A stretch of DNA of 64,000 nucleotides from Diplonema japonicum (taxonomy: Eukaryota; Protista; Euglenozoa: Diplonemea): positions 496,001-560,000 of the forward strand of contig OZ025662.1 of NCBI GenBank assembly GCA_964019335.1, given 5' to 3'. The notes under the pieces are model-generated. The model made no database searches and was not told the origin of the DNA. It saw nothing but the letters and a program-made list of their open reading frames with translations. Shown in pieces: positions 24,948-35,051 of the stretch. The stretch's first letter is position 1; each line of letters opens with the position of its first letter. The translations under genes were made by a program, and so were the position numbers.

Positions 24948-25045
24948 TCTCTATCGAGTTTTCCAAGCAAATGACGTTCAAAAAATGTTGGTTCAAATCC
25001 GAGGCACCGTCCTGCCATTTAGAACAGTGAACCATGAGTTTTGAG
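24706..25045 (+). repeat. Direct duplication of a ~90-bp unit containing a Pol III B-box-like motif
   Basis: TTTCCAAGCAA..ACGTTCAAAAA..TGTTGGTTCAAATCCGAGGCACCGTCCTGCCATTTAGAACAG present twice; GGTTCAAATCC at 24772-24782 and 24990-25000. Confidence 0.7.
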
Positions 25046-25478
25046 GAGGGGGGGAGGGGGGAATAGGTGGAGTCAGGTGAACGAAAGGCTTTCTTGTAAG
25101 TTTTCGTCGTTTGACGCTTGATGTAATTCAAGGCCTATCCAAGGAGGGGGTGGTGTTTTGTTTTTGTTTTTTTATATCGGACATTTTGGTTTGCTTAGTG
25201 GCTGTATTGAATAGGCACACCGTAGCTTCAATGGCCGTACCCCCGTTTCCCTCTTATGTAGAATTTCTGCTCACCAGAGAGCCTCCTTTTTTATCTCACC
25301 TCTCTCCCTTTTTCTCTTCTTTCTTCTTTTTTTCTCTTTTTAGAGTAAAAAAAAGGGGGTGGGAGCCTACACCAAAGAACTTTGCTCAGGCTTACCCCAC
25401 CCCCAGTTTAAGATTTCTTTTTTTTTTTTTTTTTTTTTTTTTATTCTTCTTTTTCCTATTTGTCACAACTTCGTGTAA

Positions 25479-25514
<36 letters not shown>

Positions 25515-25674
25515 AAGGTTTTAGTGTGCCAAAGAGAAAGCAATGCCATGAGATGTTTCAGAAACAAAAAAGAAATCCTGGCCATAGGCAGGCAGTTGAA
25601 CTCTCACACGATGCTATTTTTTTTCTTTTTTTTTTGATGAGAACAAGGGGGCGTCTCACAAAGACTTCCTTTAA

Positions 25675-25724
<50 letters not shown>

Positions 25725-25930
25725 TTTTGGCGGGCCGTTGCTAACCACTTCGTTCCTATCATAGTGAATTTTTTTTTTTTGATATGCAGGAATTTCAATG
25801 ACAAGCAGCGAATAATGGGCCATATGGTTTGAAAAATGATAACAAACATATTAGTTGTGCCGAGCAAGGGTTTACTTCTGCAATTTCTTTTACCTTTGGT
25901 GTCATGAAGAAGAGCTCGACTCCTACCTAC

Positions 25931-25963
<33 letters not shown>

Positions 25964-25964
<1 letters not shown>

Positions 25965-26039
25965 GGGACCAATGTTTCCAACCTCCCTGTGGTGGTTCCT
26001 GGTAATTGTGGTTTGGAGAAACACAAGCGAAAGGGAAAC
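25964..26039 (+). ncRNA. HDV-like self-cleaving ribozyme (family B)
   Basis: P1 GGGGACC/GGTTCCT (G.U first pair), P2 GTTTCC/GGAAAC, P3 ACC/GGT, L3 TCCCTGT, P1.1 CC/GG, P4 TTGT-GTTT/AAAC-ACAA, J4/2 GCGAA (catalytic C 26028). Confidence 0.85.
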
Positions 26040-26412
26040 TCTCGTTCTAAAGCCGTACACGTGGGGAAACCTGGACGGGGGTGGAGAGCCCACCCTACGC
26101 GTGGCGCCAGTTAGCATCGCCCTCAACGGAGAGTCCCTTATCCCATTACATCGAACAAGGAGGTGGCTTCACCAGGTCAGGCAAGTAGCCTCCCCGCGGC
26201 ATCGTGCCAGTGAAGCAAGCCTCGCACAACTCTCCAGTTGGTGTTTAATTGCTTCTGTGGCCCCTCTCCCTATTCCAATTTCCAAGCTTTCTTTACCTCT
26301 CCACTTTTACTTTCTACGGGACCACAGGGAACTTGGGAGGCTTCGGGGCGAAGTTTCACAAGGGTGGCCGCTGTGTCACATACTGCATGGCACCACTAAA
26401 ATCGAGACAACT
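25964..26412 (+). mobile_element. Family B SINE-like element, full-length copy, headed by an HDV-like ribozyme
   Basis: Homologous to 29232-29606 (-) and 43182-43393 (+); flanked by T-runs on both sides. Confidence 0.8.
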
Positions 26413-26433
26413 TTTTTTTTTTTTTTTTTTTAA

Positions 26434-26715
26434 GCTGGTGGGGAGAACATGGAAAATATAAGAAGTACATCAGATGTGTTGTTCGCTGTTGACCTCCTCG
26501 TCGGTAGCGCCCGAGAGGAACGTAATGCAGATGCTCAGGGTGACGAACAGGCAGCAAACTAGTCTTGGTCATCGGGTCGCCCCGGCTGGGGTTGAGCTGT
26601 ACACCGCACGCATTAAGGACACAACGCAGAACGCAGAAGAAGCTACAACTCGGCCGTGCGCCCCCTGTAATCAAATAGGGAGATAGTTCTTGTGCCAACA
26701 ACGGCCTCCTTTAAC
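26434..26715 (+). mobile_element. Family A SINE-like element, copy with a 10-nt deletion in the ribozyme
   Basis: Aligns to 36213-36527 but lacks CATCACCGGT (the P1 3' strand). Confidence 0.8.
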
Positions 26716-28031
26716 TCTTATTTTTATATTTTAGTAGGTCGTTCACGCTTGAACGCCACCTAGTGTTGCAATCAAAGCCCCATCTTTTTTTTTTTCTTTT
26801 TCTGTTTCAGCGGCAGCTGCACCAGACCTTTACGAGCTGTTCATCAGCTATGGGCGTGCCGCCCCAGTTTAAGAGGGGGGGGGACAAAAATAAAAAAGAA
26901 ATTGTAAAAATGAATTTTTTGTTTTATTTTCTAAAAAGAAACGAGAGTCGGCAGCTTTGTTCGGATTTAACCCTTCTGGTAAAAAAAAAAGCCGACTTTT
27001 TTGCGCAAAAATAACAATGCCGCCCAACTCTTCCCCCCCCCCCCCTTTTCTACTTTTTCCAATGCAACATACAAAAAAGAAAAACTGGTTGTCTAAAGCA
27101 AAAAGGGTACGGAGGCAACGTGTTTACGGGTTATAAGCCTCTCCAGGTTCTACCCCATCACAAATGAACAAGTGTGACGACTCAAGACGAAAGAGATGAC
27201 GCAGCTAAGTGCGGGCCAGTACCTCGTAGTGGCCACCAAGGCCGACACGTATAAGCAATGTCCCTTTCTTTTTCGCACTCTATAGATAAAGTTAGTAGGA
27301 AAAAAGAGAAATTATCCCCTAAACGCCCAAGCATTTGTCCTTATTTCAAAATTTGCTTTTTTTTTTTAATTTTTTTTTTATTTTTTTTTTTTTCAAAATA
27401 TATGGCATTTTGTTTTAACTATATTTTGCGTTAAAAGTATTGCTTTAATTGAAAACCGGCAGGACGGGCTTTTAGCAAATTAGCCCTTGTGCATGCTGCC
27501 CCTTTTTTTTTTTTCCAGCATTCAAAGCAACAATGAAAAAATGGGAGATAGGCTCCCGGCGTTTAGGGGTTAAGAAGAAGAAGAAAAAAAGAAAATAAAA
27601 AAAATTTTTTTTTGAAGCGAGGAAAAAAAAAAAAAAAAAGTTGCTGAAGATCCTCCTCTATCTCCCTATCCCCTCTAAATAAAGAGAATAAAAAGATTTT
27701 TTTTTTTAAAAGATCTACCTGGTGCAAGCCTCTAGCTTAAAGCCGACACTAAATTTCTGAAATTAAGGTCACTCGATCGAAGGAAAAAGAACCAAGGATT
27801 TCCAGAAGGTATCTGCTAAAAAAGAAAAAAAAAAAAATTCCTGTTTCAGCAGGGCATGCAGCTCTCATTTTTTTTTGTTTTGTTTTGTTTTGTTTTCCCC
27901 GTTTGGGGGTGAATCCGTTCTTATCCTCATTACGACCTCTCAACACTGGCCCCCTTTATCTCATTTTTTTTTTTTTTTTATATTCGATATTATTTTTTCA
28001 TTCTTTTGCAAGAACCTTGTCTAGACAAGAG

Positions 28032-28098
28032 GAGTGCCGTGATGCTACCACTGGATGTATTATGGCTGAACGCCTCTAAGCCAGAACCCAGTCTAGAG
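28032..28098 (+). pseudogene. Isolated LSU (28S-type) rRNA 3'-domain fragment
   Basis: GCTACCA....ATTATGGCTGAACGCCTCTAAGCCAGAACCC matches the conserved eukaryotic LSU segment GCTACCA..GGATTATGGCTGAACGCCTCTAAGTCAGAATCC; no flanking rDNA. Confidence 0.8.
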
Positions 28099-28332
28099 AG
28101 ATACGTGACTAGTCAGGTAGGAACGTTTAAGCTTCACTAGGTTCATTTTTTTTTTTTTTTAAAGCATGAACAAGAAGAACAACATTCGTTTTGAAAGTGC
28201 ATTGTTATTGCTACAAAGGGTAGCAGTTGTTTACTATCCTTCTACATGATCCGGCTGTGCACAAACAAAAAAAAATAAAATAAAAATATCAGTCTCAACA
28301 CCCTTCGGGACAGACATTCTTTCACAGTTCAC

Positions 28333-28400
28333 GCCGCTGAAGGGTGATAGGGGCCTTAGACACCCCAGATCAGGATTTCTTTATTTCCTTTTACCTCTTT
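28333..28400 (+). mobile_element. Short 3'-terminal remnant of the non-LTR retrotransposon at 30659-31842
   Basis: GCCGCTGAAGGG(T/A)GATAGGGGC...CCCAGATCAGG...ATTTCCTTTTACCTCTTT shared with 31767-31842. Confidence 0.75.
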
Positions 28401-28522
28401 TATATCCCCCCCCCCAACACTGGCCCCCCCCCCCCCCCCCCCACGATTACTTGCAAGAACATTTTATCTAAACAAAAAAGGGGGTGAGCGTTGGCAGCGT
28501 GTTCTCCTTCTCCTTTTTTTTA

Positions 28523-28710
28523 GGGGTGGGGATAACATGGAAAATATAAGAAGTACATCAGATGTGTTGTTCACCCTGCCAGGGTCGCTGCACGCATTAA
28601 GGACAGAACGCGGAATGCAGCAGAAGCTGCAACGGCCGAGGTACGCCCTCCAATCAAGTAGACAACGCTTGGGCAGGGTGCCACCAACACTGGCCTCAAT
28701 GGCCTTAAAT
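28523..28710 (+). mobile_element. Family A element, internally deleted copy
   Basis: 5' GGTGGGGATAACATGGAAAATATAAGAAGTACATCAGATGTGTTGTTC and 3' CACGCATTAAGGAC..AATCAAGTAGAC retained; ribozyme core missing. Confidence 0.75.
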
Positions 28711-28765
28711 TCTTTTTTTTTTTTTTTGCCACTTTTTTTTTTACACAGTAAATTTCCCCCCTCCC

Positions 28766-30198
28766 CATAGCCTATAACGCAAGCATGTTATCAAATTGAT
28801 ATTTTAAAATACCCGGTATCAAATACCATAACGCAAAAAAGGGCCCATAATCTTGTTACGTACCCGTTATTTTAACGATATCGAATTAAATAACGTTATT
28901 TTAATCGGGCAAATATTAAAATAACGTTATTTTATTCGGAATAACGTTATTTTATTCAATGGATGATCGATGATCAATTTTTTTTTTTTCAAAAACCCTA
29001 TTTTCGAATCCGTCCAGAAAGAATGTGTTCAACAGCTTTTCGGGAAAATAATCCTTTTCTATGTCGTTTCGATACTCTAGTGGGCCGGCTTTGTGTATCT
29101 GGGGCCCCCGGGAGACGAATAGAAGGGTTGTAATGAGTATGGTTTCGATGCTCGCCTCCCATTTTAATTTTGACTTTTGATGTCGCTCCTAGTTAAAATT
29201 TAAACATGAAGGGGGGGAAACTGGTAAAAAGGTAGTCTCAATTTTAGTGCCATGCGGTATGTGACACAGCAGCCACCCCGAAGCCTCGCAAGTCCCCTGT
29301 GGTCCCGTAGTAAGTAAAAGCGGAGAGGTAAAGAAGGTTTTTCAAAAAGGGAGGAGCCACAGAAGCAATTAAACACCAACTGGGGAGTTGTGGGAGGCTT
29401 GCTTCACTGGCACAAGGCCGCGGAGAGGCTACTTGCCACCTGGTGAAACCACCTCCTTGTTCTATTTTTATTGGGATAAGGGACTCTCCATTGAGGGCGA
29501 TGCTAACCGTGTAGGGTGGGCCTCCACCCCCGTCAAGGTTTCCCCACGTGTACGGCTTCAGAATGACCCAGGAACCACCACTGGGAGGTCGGAAACATCG
29601 ATCCCCTAAAAAAGGGGGAAACTAACTTTTCTGGAAAATAATCCTCGTGCACTCGTTAGCTTTCTCTGGAATATCCGCACCAGCACTAAAGAGAGTCCTT
29701 GTCTCCAGACGTTCCTGCCACCACGGACTACTCGTGTTGTAAGAACAGGCTTTTACCCTCTGCTTACGATGCAGCGGACAAAGCGCTGTTCCCTCATGCA
29801 TCTCATGCATCGTCTGGAGTCCCACTGACTCGGGAATCTCTTCTAAGTACTTTCTGGGGGTAGCCATGCCTTCCAAACACCCACAAGTACCCCTGGCTCT
29901 ATCCCTCCCTGTTGCATTCTTGAAACAGCGTCTTCTCATTCTCCAAATTTTCACCGATTAAAATAACGTAAAATAACATAAAATAACGCACCCAAAATTC
30001 GCTAAAATTGGGGTGGGCTTCGGATGTTAAGTTACCCATGTTCATGGTCTCCAAAAATCATATTTCGTGTTTCTGGACCCCATCTCGACATCTGCGGGGG
30101 TATAGAGGACCTCGGCGTGCCCAGGCCAATTTTGCACTATTTAAATACCCGAACCGATTAAAATACCCGATTGGTATCGGTATAACGTGCAGGCTATG
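28766..30198. mobile_element. Non-autonomous DNA transposon with CATAG..CTATG termini and 6-bp TSD CCTCCC; contains a nested family B copy
   Basis: CATAGCCT / AGGCTATG termini; cctccc at 28760-28765 and 30199-30204; AAATAACG subterminal repeats at both ends; shares internal sequence (reverse complement) with 52820-54246. Confidence 0.7.
29232..29606 (-). mobile_element. Family B element, antisense copy with ribozyme P4/J4/2 deleted
   Basis: Reverse complement reads TTTTTTA|GGGGATCGATGTTTCCGACCTCCCAGTGGTGGTTCCTGG...GGCACTAAAATTGAGACTAC. Confidence 0.8.
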
Positions 30199-30298
30199 CC
30201 TCCCCCCTTTTTTTTTTCCTGCGACACAGTCCCTACCATTAATGGAGGGAGAAAATTACCAGTTTTTTTTTTTTTAAATTAAAGTCACTCGAGTGAAC

Positions 30299-30330
<32 letters not shown>

Positions 30331-30658
30331 GAACCACTGTCCCCCCTTTTTTGTTTATCAAGCTTTGCGATACTTTTGAGATGACGACCGGTATCCTTGT
30401 ACGCAACATAGGAAGAGCAGCCTGCTAGGGAGAAAAAGCCGCGTGCCTGCGGTACATCCTCAATACAGTGCAGACATTTGCGGCAAAAGGGCAATAAGAG
30501 TCCGCCCTTCTTGGAAAAACCAGAGTCTACGAGGAAACCTGGGCGCACCATCGATGCATAGCCACGACAAAGAGAACCCTAGCTCACGTCACACCCATGA
30601 TGGCACACAGCCGTATAGAATCCTTTTTTTTTTTTTTTTTTTTTTTATTTATTTTTTT

Positions 30659-31842
30659 GATGCGGGAGAGGCTGAGGGTGGGACGCTCAAAAAGCATCGA
30701 ACAGGTGAGGAGGTCGATGCGAGACCTGGGGGAAGGAGCGGACCCGAGTACGAACGAGCTCTGGCAGCGGCTGAGGAAGAGCAACGATCCGATAGCAGCC
30801 AGGGCCTTACAGCGGGTGATAACCGGGGGAGTTTTCTACATCAACCCCAGGGGGTGGCACACGGACGCCAAGAAGAACATCGAACCGCCGAAGGAGGGAG
30901 AGGACACCACCTCAGGAGAGGAAGAAGAGGAAGAAGAAGAGGAAATGACGCGACCCACGAGGCAGCAGCCAGCACAGTACGTCAACTGTGACATCTGTGA
31001 ACACGAGGTGCATGAGCACGACATGCTCAAGCACGCGCTGTGGGACTGCGAGTTGGCAAGGGAAATACAAAACAAGGAAGCTAACAGAGCAGTGGTGGAG
31101 GAACGGACGGCCATGCCGAGGTGCATGCAGCTGCACGGAGTGCTGCCGCGAGGACACGACAAAGAGCATCTCAATCTACCTCCTGGAGGTGGTAACAGAA
31201 CGAGACCGCCGCCTGCAAGAAAAGAGGGCACTGGAGAGGTACACGACTCACCCGTGGGAAGTGATCACAGAAGGAAAAAGACACCCGACACCGACATGGA
31301 GAGAACTACGACAACATGTAGGGGGGGGGCTCATGAAACAGTACGGACAGGAGATCGTCAAATGGCTAGGGCAGCTCAAGTGGTACCGGGGCCCGAGGAG
31401 AACAACGGTCACGACAATAGAGCTTGCGCTAGACTTCGAGAACAGCACAATGAAGTCGCTGGTGGGTGAACGTGGAGACCTGACACTAATAGGTAAAAAG
31501 GCGAGACGGCTGCATGGCCTGCTGGTGAGGCTGCAGGAAGGCTGGCAGGACGCGCGGATAAGGAGGAAGGTCAGGGGACACAGAGCCATACCGGCGGAGC
31601 AACGGCGGAACCACGGCCTGAGGACCATAGGGGGGAGAAAGGTCTTGGGCTGGGACAGAAGACCGCTGCACGTCTCGGAACAGACGAAGAAGGACCTCCA
31701 GAAACTGAGACAGGAGCGGGTGAGCGCCATGAGGGAGCGGGCTCAGCCCAAAAAGGAAAGACCGAAGCCGCTGAAGGGAGATAGGGGCAGGTAGAAGAAC
31801 AAGACAGGACGTCCCAGATCAGGGATTTCCTTTTACCTCTTT
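30659..31842 (+). mobile_element. 5'-truncated, frameshifted non-LTR retrotransposon (C-terminal part of ORF2)
   Basis: CDIC..H.LWDC (zf-RVT-type CCHC finger), PRCMQLHG.LP, then after a frameshift VKWLGQLKW..ELALDFE; purine-rich sense strand; flanked by T-runs; 3' end repeated at 28333. Confidence 0.7.
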
Positions 31843-31878
<36 letters not shown>

Positions 31879-31927
31879 AACGAACACAACAAAATCAAAA
31901 AAAAAGAAAAAGAAAAAAAAAGGGGGA

Positions 31928-33201
31928 ATGTCACATAATGCCGACCTGCACGCCTCGGACGATGACGACTTCGTGATAAACACACCAGGCACAGGGGAGT
32001 GCCCGCAGGAGCTGACACCGCCGTGTGCTGACACAGCTGACACAGACGACGAAGACGAGCAGCATGACTTCATCCTGAGCAAGATCGGCATGGGAGAGGG
32101 GATGTCCTTCCTGACGACGAAGAAGGATGACGCCCTGATCATGGATGTTCTGGACGACCTGTCCCCAGAGTACACATGCCTCCGCAGAAAAATGGGTGAA
32201 ACAATACCATTTTGGAAACAGCACAGTTGCCCTTCTGCCACGAGCATAGCCGCGCAAGTCACACTAGCCACTGTTGAGCTCATCGGCCCGAGTGCAAAAA
32301 TGGAAGACAACTACGCGGTCGAAAACATCAATGGGGCAACCTGCGGTGTCGTGTGCGACGGTCATGGCGGTTCAGAAGTCGCTGCTTTATCGGTTCAGGA
32401 CGTTATCAAGGAGATCAAAAAAGGCCTCGAAAAAGGTTATGTGGACCTGCCCCACGTTGTGTTCGATGCCATTTTAGAGGTGGACTTGAAACTGTTCCAA
32501 CTCTCAGAGCAAAATAATAAATTCAACAATCAAGGCAGCACCATAACCGTTGTCACCATAAAGGATCATGAAGGCGTCGTGGGTTGGCTGGGAGACTCCA
32601 GAGCGGTCCTTTGCGTGAATGACAAGGCTGTTGATCTAACAAGAGACCACAACCAAAATTCTAATGAGGAGAAGGATCGCCAAATGCGAATTATGGGGGA
32701 TGAGCATCTTCAATTGCCCAGTACAACCCGCGCACTGGGTGATTTTACCGGTAAAAGCACACTGAAAGACCGCAAGGATCAAGCAGTGTCAAACCAGGCT
32801 GAGGTCACATCATTCCGGATAACAGAAAACACTCAATTCATCATTTCTGCGTCAGACGGACTCTGGGATGGGATGTCCTCGCAGGAGGCTGTTGAAATTG
32901 TGAACGGTACCCTGCGCAACACGCAATTTGCTAAGGAAGATATAGATAAGTTGCTGTCCACCCCTGTCGGAGTGCATAGATGTGAGGAAGATTTTGTCAA
33001 GGCGATATGTAGTTCGTTGATCACAAAGGCCACCCAGTCGAGGTCCAATGATAACATCACCGTTCAGGTCTTCCTCCTCCACGACATCCATAGTTATTGG
33101 AGAAGCTCCTCCGCCCAAACTGGTAGCGTCGGCTCCGTTGCTGTTGGCGGGGCATTGCATTACATGTGCGAGTCGCCTGCTGCAGAGCAGATTCATCGTG
33201 T

Positions 33202-33236
<35 letters not shown>

Positions 33237-33288
33237 AATTCCTGCAGCTCACCATTGCCCGCCATACACACCTCCAAGGCTGAACTGA
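31928..33288 (+). CDS. PP2C/PPM-family protein phosphatase; probable intron 33198-33247
   Basis: MED, VCDGHGG, GST, WLGDSRAV, LTRDH, TRALGD, ASDGLWD, DNIT motifs; the poly-A stretch is best explained as a GT..CAG intron. Confidence 0.9.
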
Positions 33289-33597
33289 AGAGATCTTTTT
33301 TTTTTTTTTTTTTTTTTTTTTGAAGATTTCTTTTTCTTTCTTCGATGGAGAGGGAAGAGGGAGAGGGAAGAAGGAGAAAGAAGAAAAAGAGAAAGGGGGA
33401 AAAAAAAAAGTGTTTTTTTTTTTTTTTTTTGCTGGAACAGGTAAACAAATTTTTGAAAAGAATTGTTACTGCAAAAAAGAGTAGAGGCAGCTTGTCCGTT
33501 TATCCCTACTATAGGTGAAAACGGCTTGCACAAACAATCAGCCGACTCTTTTTTCTTAATACCGCGTTTAAATATTGATCTTTCTTTCCTCCTACCC

Positions 33598-33602
<5 letters not shown>

Positions 33603-33652
<50 letters not shown>
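33603..33652. repeat. (CT)n microsatellite; a (TA)n tract lies at ~25678-25706
   Basis: Direct inspection. Confidence 0.9.
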
Positions 33653-33657
<5 letters not shown>

Positions 33658-34917
33658 CTCTCAATTTTTTTCTACTATCTTTTTTTTTGGGGGGGGTGAT
33701 TATGGAAGAGAGATTTAAAAAGAAAAAAAAAAAAAAAAAAAAAAAAAAAAACATGATTGTGTGTTTCTTTTTTTTTTTTTTTTCCTTCTCACTTTTGCAT
33801 TATCGCGATTTTTTTTTCTCCCCCTCCTTTCGTAGAACAATGAAGGGAAAAAAAAAAATGAAAAAAAAGACGGAAAGAAAAAAAAATGAAAAAATGAAAG
33901 GAAAAAAAAAAACCACTGAGAGAGATTAGCTTTGACTGAAAATGTCCCCCTTTTTTTTTTTTAGAAAAAGGCAACTGGCGGACTGATGGAGCGAGTATGT
34001 CCCTCTCAGGACACCGTTTAAAGCATTTTTAAAGGGTCCGTCAGGATCCAATTTATCCACTCTCCCTCTCCCTTTCCCTCTCTTCCCTCAAAGAAAATGA
34101 AGACGCTGAAGTGTTGCTTGGCCATGGCAGACAGATAGTAAGCGGTGCTGGACACGATTCTCTGAAAATACTTCATCAGAAGGCACGAAAGCCTCAAGCC
34201 CAACTTTGTTGGGGCATCCTTGCATTTCGCGCGTGTGAACTTTAAAACATGCTAAAGTGGGCACACACAGTGCGAAGGGCTGACTCCTCCCCACATTTTT
34301 TCTTTTTCTTTTGTAATGGGTTACAGGGGTGCGTGAAAACAATTTTTTCAGAGAACGTGAAATTTAAAAAAAAAAAAAAGAAACCCCGCCTTTTTTTTTT
34401 TCTCGTTCTTTTTCTTTTTCCCCCCACACTAATTTTTTTTTTTAAAAAAAAAAAGGGGGATGGGGGGGGGGGGGTCAACCGCTGCTCTGGAAGACAACCG
34501 CGAAGAAAAATACTTCAAAAGTTCACCAAGTGGAAAGTACGGTCCCCTTGCATTACAGTAGTCACATTCTTGTTCAAGGATAGTCCCAGTGCAAATGGAT
34601 TAGAAAAAAAAGGGGGGAGGGGGAAAGAAATCGGGGTGGGGCAACAATTCTTTTTTAAAATAGGCAACTGCCGGACTACTGTATTTAATTTCGTCACAGC
34701 AAGGGACTTTATCAATATCCTTTACTGTCATTGATGGTGTTTGTTAGTGGACAGGAGTTGTATTGCACAGGACGTGTGTGTGTGTGTGCGCAAAACAGTG
34801 AACATGAGAAAAAAAAAAAAGTGAACATTGGAAAGGACATGATTATTTTGGCAAGTTCCTCTTTTTTAAAAAATGAGAGCGGTCCCTTAAACTCCCCCCC
34901 CCCCCCCCCCCCCCCCC

Positions 34918-35051
34918 TAGGGCTATGCGGCAGGAAACGTGGAAACGGCTTCCTTCTTAAGGAAACATAAGGAAACGTTTCCGTTTCCGTTTCCGTTCCC
35001 CTTTTTTTCAGAAAATGCATGGAAACGCGTTTCCATGCCGGCATAGCCCTA
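34918..35051. mobile_element. Small MITE with TAGGGCTATGC TIRs and GGAAAC subterminal repeats (hAT-like)
   Basis: TAGGGCTATGC (34918-34928) / GCATAGCCCTA (35041-35051); multiple GGAAAC/GTTTCC copies inside. Confidence 0.7.

Noticed and set aside
26800-26855. Minus-strand CTGATGA...GAAAC, possible hammerhead ribozyme
   Set aside because: Stem II does not abut the conserved boxes and no stem I/III with an NUH site is found
34088-34342. Minus-strand VPSDEVFS resembling hAT 'ERVFS'
   Set aside because: Single short motif, with no WW/P.L context or TIRs
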